Shown: positions 1 through 12,451 of the stretch, in pieces
Layout: each line of letters begins with the position of its first letter
Numbering within the stretch: the stretch's first letter is position 1
Assembly: GCF_016433145.1 (NCBI RefSeq)
Contig: NC_058131.1
Span: forward strand, 376,030,949 to 376,094,824
DNA: 63,876 nucleotides
Origin: Gracilinanus agilis
Lineage: Eukaryota
Direction of reading: 5' to 3'
The notes under the pieces: model-generated
What the model saw: the letters and a program-made list of their open reading frames with translations, nothing else
What the model was told of the DNA's origin: nothing
Databases searched by the model: none
Translations under genes and position numbers: made by a program

Positions 1-232
1 ATTGAATGAGAGAGAAAAATAGAAAGAAAGAGAGAGAAATATAATGAGTCACAGAGAGAAATAGAAAGAGAGAGAGAAAGAGGAAGAGAGAAAGAGAAAG
101 AGGAAGAGAGAAAGAGAGAGAGAAATTGAACGAGACACAGAGAAAGAAATAGAAAGAGAAAGAGGAAGAGACAAAGAGAAAGAGAGAAAAATTGAACGAG
201 AGAAAGAGAGAGAAAGAGATAGATAGAGAAAG

Positions 233-271
<39 letters not shown>

Positions 272-285
272 AAGAGAAATTGAGA
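1..285. repeat. Degenerate (GA)n/(GAAA)n polypurine tract with embedded (TA)n
   Basis: Plus strand is almost purely A/G, with (TA)n at about 232-249. Confidence 0.95.
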
Positions 286-2774
286 TTTGAGATTTGGACT
301 ATAATGATACTGTACTGTGTAACATTGCATCATCTGATTCCAGGGGTACCTGGTTTTTTTGGACGAAAAACAAAGATCTGAATTAGGGTCCAGTTAAAAG
401 ATAGATGATGTCCCAAAATAATTTAATATTGACCCATACTGCAAAAAAAATGGTTATCAAGGGTGCTGCTTGCCTTATAACACTATAACAATCTCTATCT
501 ATCTACACTTTAAATTGGTGAATGGGATAGAATTGTTGAAGGCATTTTGTTTATATGGATTTCTCATAGTAGCAATGCAAATTTGCTTGCTTTTTTATAA
601 TTATAGTGATAATGTCTTTATTTTAAGCACTCTATGATCCATTGGCCTTTTGGAAATCAGGGAATAATTGGTAGTCACTTAACTCCAAAGTCTTTAAAGA
701 AATAACAATATTGGTGTAGCATTTTTGTGGTTACCAAGTATTTTACATACATTATCTCAAAGGTACTTCACAATAATCCTGGGAGGGAGAGAGTGCCAGT
801 GTAATCATTATTATGTTATAGGTGAGGTATCTGAAGCCTAGAGAGGGTTAGTAATATATTGAAGGTCACACAGCTCTCAAATGGAGCAGTCGGAAGTTAA
901 ACCTAGCTTGAGAGAGTCACAGAATGACTGTACTCCCTAAAATGTAGTTTCCAATTTTTATTTTTATTTCCATTTCTCCCCTGAGCTGGGCCAAAAAGCT
1001 AAAGACAAGTGTGGTAATCTTGAACTAAATACTCCAGAAGGAAGTTGGGGAATTGTCTTCCTTGTGGAATTTACTCTCTGAGATATGTATTTATTGTTTT
1101 GTGTTGCTAAGTTTAACTTTGCCCAGTTGAAAAGGAAGGTCTTCATGACCAGTAATATCTGAAATTATCTAAAATTCATTCTGTATATAGCTTGTGTGTG
1201 ATTATTTATTTGTATACAGTGTCTCCCTAATTAGACTCTGGAAAGCAGGTCTAGTTTGTTCCCACCCTACCACCCTTCTCACCTTTATATCAATCAATCT
1301 GTGTTTGAGATATAGTAGACCCTTTTGATATGACTTGACTTGATGAGGGGCCCCTATATACTGAGTTGTACTCAGTTGGGTAACATAAAGGCCTTGTGGT
1401 AAAATGCCAACCTGTTTATATATTTGACTTTATATTGTAAAAAAAAAATAAACAGATCTATTTCAGCTCTTAATTTATAATTCTATGACATTACCAGTTT
1501 TCTATAACTCAGTTGGCCTCTGAGATAGATTTTAGTCTAAGCAATTCCCTAAATATAAGGGATGATATATAATAAGCTGAATTTCATCCCTTTTACTTAA
1601 AGACACTCTTCCTCTACATACACACATATACAGACACTTCATCCATTCCTATGGTGTATATAGTCTAAGAGGAAGCAAAACCTAAGGCAAGAAAAGAGAA
1701 GACCTTGGGAATTTGCCTATATTTTATGATAAATTCCAGGGTGGATTTGCTAGATTTTCTATACCATCTTGGGGAAGGAATCAGTTACAATTTTAGACGA
1801 TGATATATAAATAATACAGTGGGTATGGTTGGCTACTGTGTGACTGCAACACTGGCTTCTGTAGATGGCATTGGCTGGCCTGCAGTTCTTAAGCATGAGA
1901 TCAGCTACAATGGAGAATATAAATGTATGACATTCATTCATTCAACAATAAAAACTTATTAGGTGCCTATATATTTAATGAACTGTGCTAAATGTTGAAG
2001 GAAATTAAAGGATAAATAGAACTTGCCCCTTGCCCTCGAGGAGTTTACAGTATAGTAGAGTTTACAGTTGAGTAAAAGATATATACACAAATAACTAGAA
2101 GTCAAAGTGAGATATGAGGACTACCATATGAATGGAAGAGACAGTAAATTCTATAGGAGTTCAAAAGGAGTTTTTTCTCCTGTCTGTGAATGATGCATCT
2201 TTGGCATCTTCCCCAGATGTGAAGAAGGAAACGAAAACCTACTGTCGCATGCTTTAGTCATTAGATAGTTGTGATTTCCCATATTTAGTGATCAGACAGA
2301 GTTATTCTCTCCTTAAATATTGTGAAGGTACATATTTTCTTTCTTTGGTGACAAATTATCTAGTATAAAGAGAGATATATGTCTCAGTGCTCATACCACT
2401 AATAACTGACTATATATTTAAGCAAATCACTCAGCATTTTTGAACCTCAGTTATCCTATCTCAAGAGAAAAGTATGTCTTTGAATGCTAAGGTCTGTTAA
2501 ATGCTTTTAATTCCTTGGAGAAAATGTGGTACCTGACTATTATTATTAATAACAACAAAATAATTTATAATAAATTGCCATAACCCTCTAGTAATCATTC
2601 TTCTGTATCCGGTAAATGGATATATAGACTAGGGAGAATGTTTTACTCAAACTCCAAGATTCCCCTTATGGACTATGGGTTTTGCATTCTTTTTTTTTTT
2701 TTTAACATCAAGGACATTTTTTAGTAGTAAAAAGAAAGTCACTTTAGTGTTTCTTTCTCTATCTCTTCTATCCC

Positions 2775-2932
2775 NNNNNNNNNNNNNNNNNNNNNNNNNN
2801 NNNNNNNNNNNNNNNNNNNNNNNNNNNNNNNNNNNNNNNNNNNNNNNNNNNNNNNNNNNNNNNNNNNNNNNNNNNNNNNNNNNNNNNNNNNNNNNNNNNN
2901 NNNNNNNNNNNNNNNNNNNNNNNNNNNNNNNN
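2775..2932. other. Assembly gap (158 N)
   Basis: Run of N. Confidence 1.
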
Positions 2933-3200
2933 TGCCCAGAAATCTCACTTCTAAGCATATACCCCAACAAATTCAAAGACAGAACAGTTCCATATATACC
3001 AAATTATTCATAGTAGCCATTCCCTTGCTAAACAAATCATGGTACACAAATGTAATGTAATTACATAAATACATACCTTTGCCATAAAAAAAATGTTGAA
3101 GAATTTCTCCTGAACTGAGGAAAACTTGCATAAACTAATGAAGTGAAGTAATCTTAAGAAAAAGAATATATTGTACATGATAACAAAGTGAATGGAAACA
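2933..3200 (+). mobile_element. Old LINE-1 3' fragment (ORF2 C-terminus remnant)
   Basis: Translates to PEISLLSIYPNKFK, resembling the L1 ORF2 DPAIPLLGIYPKE motif, followed by L1-like 3' sequence. Confidence 0.65.
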
Positions 3201-4649
3201 ACCCAAACTGAATGCAGTATAATTATAGTGACTGAGCCAGTCCCAGAGAAAAGAAAATGCATCCCTTTCCTTCTTTGCACAAATAGCAGCTGTCTATAGG
3301 TGTACAACATTGCATAATATGTCAATCAGTGTTAGTTAGTTTTGCTGAAAGTCACCCCACTTTCTTTTTTAAAAATTTTCTTTTTTTTTAATTCTTTATT
3401 AAAAGAAATGGGTTGGTGGATAAGGAAAGAATATATTCAGAAATGAAGATAATATAAAAGCAAAAGTATCAACATTTTTCAAGGAAATTAGGAAAGTTTG
3501 GAGAACATTCTTAAGATTTTGAGGTTGTTTTAGGAGGCAACCCTGTTTTAGGAGCCTCCCCCATTAAACATTTTTTGTGCTATCAAACACAAACTACTGG
3601 GTTAAATGTACCATGTTCTCATTTCCTCTGATCAGAGGTCTTTATAAAATTCTTCACCTTGCCTAGCCTAATCTGTATTAAAGAATGACATTTTTGATGG
3701 GAAATACTTTCTGTAAGTATGAATGTAACTAAAGTTAAAGCACTAAAAGTGTTTTCTGAAGAAAACATATGTAAAGATGTGTAGAATTATAGTTAGACTG
3801 AAAAATGATCCCTGAAACTTTTAGCAACCCATATTCAAGTGTGATGTAAAAAATAAATTAACATCATCTCTATGGAGTTCTTATAATTTGATGCCCTCTT
3901 ATTTGAATATCAGAATAGCACAAAGGAAAGAATAGTACAAGTAAATAGTATATATTATGGAAGTTTTAAATGTGGAAAATAAAACAAGGCTACAGAAAGA
4001 TGGAGAGTCAAGAGACTGAATTTCTAGCTAACTGTTTTGAAGATACTAATCTAGTCTTAGAGGCAGTCACCCACAGATTTTTGTGAATAGAAAAATGAAC
4101 GTATCTAATGCCTCTGGCTGCATGATTTCCACTTCCTTTTGAGTTTGTCCCCTGAGGCAAGGCTGCTAGAGGACCTGGGTATCTTTGCCAGCAAGTCACC
4201 TTTCACGTCCTGCTGCCAATTGGATCTCTGAAGATGACATAGAAAGTCTCCAGTTAGAAGAGGACCAATCTTCCTTTTGATTTCAGGCATTCTATTTCCT
4301 GCTCTACTGGTCCTGTAAAGGAAGAGGATGAGGAAAATCACTGGGAAGCTGGAACTTGTGATGCACTTGTTTCCTGCTTCATCTCCTGTCTCCTCTGGGA
4401 AGAGGAGTGGCACCTTCCACTTGATGAAAAACATTCTCACACCTGGTCATACCCTATATATCCCAGTGATTCTGAAACCCTATAGATCATCATCCAAAAC
4501 CCATTCATCATTCCCAGCCACAAGATTCCTTATTGTCATCACCTGAATGCTCCCACCTGAAAGTCCTACACAAACAGCAATTACCCCTTCCACTGTCCCC
4601 TCTTAAATGCCTGTTCTATAGGGAACAAACTTCCCTTCATCCTAGTCTT

Positions 4650-7600
4650 TTTCTCTCCCACTTCTGACTTCTAGCAATCACCAAAACTTGATTCCCTCAA
4701 TGACACAACTTCCTGGTCACTCTTTCCAGTACTCATCCTTCATTTGCCTGGGCTCATTCTTGAGACACATGAATTAGAATACTGCATGCTCCCCATTACT
4801 ATTTCTAGGTTCTCCCTTTACCTTCATCACTCAGTAACTTCTCTTCCTTTGAAGTACATGCAGTTCTTATATGCCAATCATTAAAATCCTAGCAGCTATT
4901 ATCTATGGATTTCTAGGTCACTCCCCTTCATTCCTTAAGAACTTCAGTACCCATATCAATTTTTCTTTCCTCCCTACCTTCTGCCCTCATACTGAGTGAC
5001 TTCGACATATTGGAACAAGGATAAGGAATATAAGCCACCACAAATTCCATGGGTCTCCTCTGATCCTTTACATTCTAAGGAGCCTTTTTAAAAAAATCTG
5101 ATATATAAGACTAGTCATTGTATATTGTTTGTTTAACTTTTTAAAATAAACATTTAGCAATTTGTTTAGAAGTTTTCTTTCTCAAGTATTCTGGAAAGGA
5201 AAACCACATAGTAATAATGCCTTATTAAAAATTCTTCACATTTGTTTGGTGTGACAAGGATAATCTGAAAGCTCCTTTAAATTTAAAAGTACTGTTAAAC
5301 TGAAACCCAGGAAACTATTTACAATATCAATACTTTGGCCATTTGGGCTTTTATATTCATTTTTCTAGAAGTAAAATAAAGACACTAGACAGGGTGGCAA
5401 AAAAGAAAAAAAAAAAAAAAAACCTCAAACATTCTAACCCCTCAGTTCCTCAGCCACTCACTTCCTACCACTTACTCTCTACTCCTCCTCAGCCACACAC
5501 AAAAATGGTCATATCTTTCATCTTGCCAATATCCACAAATGCACTAACTTCATGTTTAAGAATACTGAAATCTGACCATATGTGATCATAGTGTATTGGC
5601 TTTCTACCTCTCATTCTGTCTTCCTTTACCAAATCCTACTCTTCATTCATACCTCTAATTCATCTCCAATCCCTCAACCCTCAGTTGTCTCCCAGACCAA
5701 CTCCTCTGCATTTGTCAGTCTCTCTTCTTTTCCCCATCTTGACCACCAGGTGAATCAGTTCAACTTTGCATTGTCCTTTTGAGTCCCTGACACCTTTATC
5801 ATATTGCTGATTGCGCACCAGCCTTGGTTGACCCCTATCATCCACCTTCACTTCTATACAGTGCTGCTGAATGTAGGTGGAGAAAAACATGCAACCATTT
5901 TGCCTGGGTTCGTTACAAATTTATATTACACTGCCGCAAATGGGCCCTCACTTCTGCTAGGCAACACTTTGCCTCTCTTATCAACTCACTTATCCCACTC
6001 CCCATCTTTTGTGGCTTACCTACTTAAAAAAGTCGTCTTTAATAGATGTCTTTCCTGTCTTAATTCATTACAATTTTATTTCCAAACCCATCATTCCACC
6101 AAAAATGCTCTTCCCTTCCTTATATCACCCAAATGCCTTCTGCCACTATCTCTTTCTCCTTGTCTCATATGATGACTTATTCCTTACCAAAGCTCACGTC
6201 TTTGCTTGTTATGCAATCTTCTCCAACAGATTGCACCCTTTGGTTATCTCCATCTATCATTGATTTCCAGTCTCTATTTTCTGGCTCCTTCCCTACTGCC
6301 TATAACATATCTATCGCTTTCATACTGAACTCTTAGCTGACCCTTCCATCCCTGCTATCATCCTCTATCTCTTCTTCTCTTTGTGGCTCTGAAAATATCT
6401 ACAACAGTTACACAGTTGGGGAAACTAAAACAGGTTAAGCATCTTTCTCAGGGTCACATAGTTAAGTGTCTAAGAATGGATTTGAACTCAGGTCTTCAAT
6501 TCAAGTCTAGTGTTCTATCCGCTGTGCCATTTAACTGCCTCACAAAGACCGCAGTATTAAGCATACAGGATAATCAAAGTGGTTACCAAGGTTTTCTCCT
6601 AAGAACTAGGATTAAAAGTCATATGAGTATATATAGAAAAGTATTTTGTAGCTATTAACAGTCCTTACTCTAAAAAAACTAGGAAGTTCATATTATCATG
6701 TGGAGAGGCACCATGGTAGATCACAGGAGGCCCGGTTTGGAATTCCTGGATCTGATGACACTTTTTACCTGTGTCAACTCTATTCAAATCCCTTAACTTC
6801 TCTATACCTCAATTTCTTTATAAAACGGGGAATCAGCTACCTTGAAGTAGTTATGAAGAAAACCCTGTTTAAAATTGTTAAATAAGAAGTAATGCTATTA
6901 GCTTAAGTACATAGCATGGTAAATACAGTAGCCTAAGGTTACAGTTACCTTGAATTTAATATGTCCCAAACTAAACTCATTCTTTCTCCACCTTTCCCCC
7001 CTCCCCCATCAATTCTCCCCTATTCTAACTTCCAACATTATTGTCCAAGGGTAGTTACCCTTTTTCTAGCCACCCAGACTCATAACCTGTGTTATTCTTG
7101 GCCCCTCAATCTTTCCCACCCTATTTAAATCTGTTTTATCTTTGCAATATCTGTTATACACCTCCTTCTCTCCTTTCATACTGCCACCACTCTGGTCTAG
7201 ACTCATCACCTCATGCCTGGACTATTGAAATAACTTTCTGGTTAATCTCCCAGACTTTTCTCTCCCCACTTTAGCCCACCCTTTGCTGATGGGTCAAATT
7301 ATTCTTTCTAAATAGCAAATCTGACGATGTCACCAACCTACTCAATATCACCTCTGGTGTCAAATATAAAAATCTTGTTTGACTTTAAAATCCTTTTAAA
7401 CCTGATCTCTTCCTCTTTCTAGCCTCCTTATGCCTTACTCCTCTCCACTTACCAAACCAGTGACATTGGCCTCCCTGCTGTTTTTAACACAAGATATTCC
7501 ATCCCCCAAACTACTTCACATTTTTGCTGGCTGTGCCCCATGCCTGGAACTCTCCTCTACTTGATCTCTAACTCCTAGCCAGTTTTTTCCTTAGCTTCCT

Positions 7601-8290
7601 TCAAGTCTCACCTCAAGTCCCACTTTCTGTCAGAAGCCTTTCCTGGTGTGAGGGTGAAGAAGGGATGAAGGTAGGAGGATTGGAGGAATGGGAGAAAGGA
7701 GAGGAAGGTAGAGGAAGGGAAAGGAAGGTAGTGTCCCCAGGCCAGGGTGAGGGGTGTGGGGGTAGGAATATTGACCAGAGCCCTTCAGGGGCTCAAATTA
7801 AAGATCTGAGAGTAACTTTAGGGTTTAGAATAGCTAAATTTATTTAAATTAGAAAGGGAAAGGGAAAGTCTGGGGGAAACTAGGAGGTAGATAGAATGGG
7901 GAAAGGGGGAAGAGAGAGCTCCAGAGCCCCTGGGCTCAAGAGCAGACCCTCCAGGGTAGAAAGCAGAAAAGGTGACAAACTCTCTCTTTTATACTTTCTC
8001 TGACACCTCCCACAAAGGAAATGGGAGGTTGTCAGGAGAAGTTATAGAAGGGAGTCTTGGGAGTTGTAGTCTCCCAGGGCTTACAATAATTTTAAATGAC
8101 ACACATCTTAAATTTTAGTGCTTGTCTCTTAAATTATCTCTAATTAATCTCACATATATCATTTGTATTTCGTTGTTTACATTTTTTCTCCATTAGACTG
8201 TAAATGCCATAAGAGCAGAAATAATTTTTGCCTTTCTTTATGTACTTAGCACAGTATCTGACATATAGTAGGAATTTAATAACTGCTTGA
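4650..8290 (+). mobile_element. Long fragmented LINE-2 relic interrupted by MIR-type SINEs and an LTR
   Basis: CT-rich L2-like body with a QPWLTP remnant near 5818 and an L2 3' end (cttagcacagtatctgacatatagtagg...taataactgcttgact) at about 8245-8292. Boundaries are approximate. Confidence 0.7.
7647..8085 (-). mobile_element. Solo LTR (ERV-like)
   Basis: TGT...ACA termini. On the minus strand: ACTACAACTCCCA (8070-8058), TATAAAA (7993-7987), AATAAA (7844-7839), then a pyrimidine-rich U5-like segment. It interrupts the L2; no TSD found. Confidence 0.7.
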
Positions 8291-9457
8291 CTTTTTAACG
8301 TGTAACTGGAATCTATAGCTGTGGAACAGAGCCAACTGCTCCATCATAACAGCAAACCATATGTAACACTGGCCTCATTGATGCCATATTTCGGCCTGCT
8401 GGAATACCTGAATCTAATATTGTAGTTTGTTTTGTTTTTTTAATACAGTACGGAACTTGTATGTACATAATTGTTTAGATGTTTTCTCCCCTATTAGAGC
8501 ATGTGCTCAAGGTCAAGACTTGTGTTTTTGCCTTTCTTTGCACTCCAAGAGTTGAACTAAAGTTCTTAGCACATAAACTTTAATAAATGCTTGTTGACTG
8601 ATTAAATAAGAAGTGTTTTTGTGTTATTGAGCATGCCCTCATACTGAAATTTAAAAAAACAGGTCCATCTCTGAATAGCCAAATCAGAACTTTGAAGCTA
8701 GAAGGAATCTACAAAGATCATCCCTTCAGAAAAAGAAGTCAAAGTAGGGTACTTTTCAAGAGAAACAAGCAGACAAGCATTATTATGTATTTGCCATGTG
8801 CCAAGTACTATTCTAAATGTCGAGGGCACAAATACAAGCAAAAAGACAACCTTGATCCTCAAGGAACTTACATTCTAATAGGGGAAGACAGGGAGATGAA
8901 AAGGAGTTGGAGAGGTCAAGGTATTCATTCTAGGGCACACTGGCAAAATCCAGAGAGAGTCAGAAGCTGAGCTGGCAGGGGGATTAACCATTGCCAGGAA
9001 CTGTCCCCAAAATGGAAGACTTCAGAAGAAATTCACCAATGAGAGAAAGGGAACAGCATAATAGAGGGATGTTCCAGGATGAAAAGGCAGCTGAGCCTCC
9101 AAGGTGGCAAACTTCGTATAACAAATTAGTAGAACAACTTAGTAGAACAAATCTACTTAAGAATAAGAAACACCAAGTGGATGTTATGTGTAGTAAAAGG
9201 GACATTAGAAATCAATTAGTCCAACATTCTCATTTATTAATGAGGAAACTCAGGTCCAGAGAAATTAAGTGACCAACTCAAAGTTACATAGGTAATAAGC
9301 AAAAGAATGAATATTCAAAAACCCAGGTCTTCTGACTCCATATACAAAGCTAATTTCACTATATCCCACAGTCCTGTTCAAGAAAATATGGAACCACGGT
9401 AGAATGAAAAATCACTGACCACAAAGAAATTAAAAACTCTCATGCCAGCAATATAGA

Positions 9458-9463
9458 TTTATT
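9458..9463 (-). terminator. MAT2B: Candidate MAT2B polyadenylation signal AATAAA
   Basis: tttatt on the plus strand, about 775 nt downstream of the stop and near the end of a repeat-free 3'UTR-like stretch. Confidence 0.65.
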
Positions 9464-10238
9464 GTTGTTCATGACTAGTCAAAAAGCTTACAAGTTTCAT
9501 TATCAGACTAAAACAATGTTAAAGTACAGCCACAGATTCAAAACATCATTTAGAGACACGGAGTGAAAAAAGATAGTTACAAAAACACACAAAGGAACCC
9601 ATTCACGTGGGTGGTCACTGTATTTTGCTACAAATGTAAGAAGCATCGAGCTACAGAAGTTTCAAGATACGTAACATTCTGAAAATATATCTTAAGCATA
9701 AAAACTGCACTCAAGTTGCAAAAATAAGGTTTTACTTTTTTTAAACATTTGATCTGAGCTCAAAGCAATGAAATAATGAACGCCAATGATTTTCACATCA
9801 GTTTAAACTCACATTAGAACAATAACCATAAAAATGATTTTTTTTTCTTTTTTGGTGATGAGGAACTGATTAAACTCAGCTGCACAAACTCAGCAGTTAC
9901 AGAGGTCAACAGCATGGACAATGCATTGCATCCAAAAGAAAGTCTGCAGTGGACCTACTTTATCCTGGCCATAAAATATTTTAAGAATCATAATTTACCA
10001 CCCTCCAACAAGAAGTTAAGCCAGTAGAAACAAAATGATAAAAGGAAAGATTATTATTTCAATCAGGGCTCTTTTGCCACTTAGCTCCTTTAGGTAACAG
10101 TTTCACTAGTGCAAGAGCATCATTTACCTGAAAGATCGTAAGTGTCACAATTGAAGTACACTCATACAAAACTATTTCCTTTTTTTTTTCTTTAAAAAGT
10201 GCCACATACTGTACTTTTTGTACTTAAAAAAATATAAA

Positions 10239-10409
10239 CTAATGAAAGACCGTTTGTCTCCACCTCTTGTCAATGAGAAAAGGCCAAAGTGATTCTTTTA
10301 TCCCAACTCTAAATGGTGTTCGTTGGCCAATACCCAGGTTCTCTAACTTGGAGCAGTTGAGTTGAGCATTTCTTGGACGTGGAGCTCCTAAGACTGGGCT
10401 GTCGGTGAC
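10239..10409 (-). CDS. MAT2B: MAT2B exon 7 (last coding exon)
   Basis: ag|GTC ACC GAC...CAT TAG; [56 protein letters not shown]; 171 nt. Confidence 0.98.
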   Translation of the reverse strand, partial: VTDSPVLGAPRPRNAQLNCSKLENLGIGQRTPFRVGIKESLWPFLIDKRWRQTVFH

Positions 10410-11214
10410 CTTTAGGGGGAAAAAAAATTACTCAGCAAATCCTGAGACTCTTCTATTTCTCAACCATTTCCTTTTACAATGCATGCTTTTGTCCATCAAA
10501 TAACATCCTATAATTTATTATATTTTTTAATAATCTCCATCACCTGAAGGTTCTAACAAGAAAAAATATAGGTATTTTTCATGAATCATTTATAAAGAAA
10601 AAATGGTTAATCTCATTCCTAAAAGTTTAAACTGTTAGCCTAAAATCACAAATTTAGAACTGGAAGAGGATTTGTTCAAATCCCACCCTTTAATGGTTAC
10701 TACTTTTGTTGCCTTAGGCAAGTCACTTACTGTGCTTTACCTTCTTGGACCTCAGTTTCCTAAACTGTAACTTCTAGAGTCCCTTCCAGGTAAATCTATG
10801 AGATCCAATAATCACATTTAACCCAACCCAAAGCTTATATCTAGTCACTCTTAGGCCAGAGGAAGACTTCTTTGATGAATTCAAGGAACAGAGGGAACAC
10901 AAAATTAGAACCAAGCACTTACGAATTGTGTGATATTTCATTAGACTACATAAAATAGCTTAGGATCAAAATTCACCTTCTCCTTTTATAAAATACTACC
11001 CCTTCCTGACCCTATCTTCCTATAAAAAACCCAAATGCTTTCTCTCGCCCAAATTATCTATTTTGTTTAAGCTTATATGCATATAGGTTGTCTCCCCTTA
11101 GTAAATTAAAGTTCCTCAAGAAGAGGGACTATCTCTTTTGTCTTTGTATCCCTGGCATCCAGTAGAGTTCCCTGATATAGAGGAGGTGCTAAAATAAACA
11201 CTTGATTGACTTAG

Positions 11215-11310
11215 GCTAAATAAATAAACAAATAAATAAATAAATAGATAAATAGATAAATAAATAAATGAATGAATGAATGAATAAATAAATGAGTAAA
11301 TAAATAAATT
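11215..11310. repeat. Compound (TAAA)n/(TAGA)n/(TGAA)n microsatellite
   Basis: Read directly from the sequence. Confidence 0.95.
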
Positions 11311-11540
11311 CGCAGATGAGGAAACTAAGATCTAGAAAAATCACTGAGGTCTAAGATTTGGGATATGAATCTCTCTGTCTCCAAACACACTGCCCTATCT
11401 GCTCTACCTATACTAGGAAAGAAAGCTTTGTATACTGCACTTGGCTTATTCATTCAAGTTAAATTATACTTTGCGATTACAGACTTAAGCTTTTAAGGAA
11501 GGCAATTTAAAAAAAATGTTTCCATATGTCATATACGTAC

Positions 11541-11654
11541 AGGTCTTAGATGACTATTTGGAAGGTTAAAGGCATCTGCAATAGCACACGCCATTTCATA
11601 TTTGGTCATTTGTTCATTGCCAGACCAATGGAAGGTGCCTTTGATTGTAGGATC
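11541..11654 (-). CDS. MAT2B: MAT2B exon 6
   Basis: [38 protein letters not shown]; ag/gtacgt; 114 nt. Confidence 0.98.
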
Positions 11655-12451
11655 CTAAGGACAAAGAAAGAGAATGCAAAGTAAGAACCAAGCTCTTCTG
11701 AATTATACAATGTTTATGTAGGCTACATAAAATAACCCAGGCTTCAAAGTTCACCCTCTTTTTCTGCAATACTATTATTTTTAGAACATTTCTACAAATA
11801 AGGCTCACTAAAAAGTAAAAATATCTTATGGCATCTGCTACTGAGTATCCCCGCCCTCCATCATTGTTTATAAAACAATATAAATGACTGTCCCTGTAAA
11901 CTACCCAAATTCATTGACTGAACTAGGAATCCTGAAAGAATTTCAGAAGTTAGTGAATGCAACTCAATTTAAATACTTCAAAATTCTTTTAAGAGATCTA
12001 TGGTCCATCCTATAAACAATAGTAGGCAGTGAAAACTCAAGTACAAAAATGAAAACAATCACTATGATCAAGGCATTTTCTTTCTACTAAATTTAACTCA
12101 AATTTAATATTTGTACACTGGATGACTTTAAAACTAATCTGAAGCTCAACCTAGTCTAAGTTCAGAGAGGCTCATCATGAGATTCATCAGATAATGAATT
12201 GTTTTGACACAGTGTTTTTCATATCTGCATATCCAGTCTTCATCTTTTTTCTGACCTCCAGTATTGTAACCCCTCATTTATATAACACAGATTTACATGA
12301 ATATTCCATAAATATCTGAAACCTGACATGCATTAAAAAAAACCCTTAGTTCAAAACTGTGTTGTCCAAACTATTTCAATAGCCTTCTAATTGCTTCTCC
12401 TGTGTGCAATCTCTTCCTTTCCTTAATCTATCTCCTGCACAATCGTCAAAT

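Noticed and set aside
49-333. 94-aa S/L/F-rich ORF on the minus strand
   Set aside because: It is simply the translation of the (CT)n microsatellite.
2647-3013. ORFs spanning the first N gap
   Set aside because: Artefacts of the gap; the readable part is an L1 remnant.
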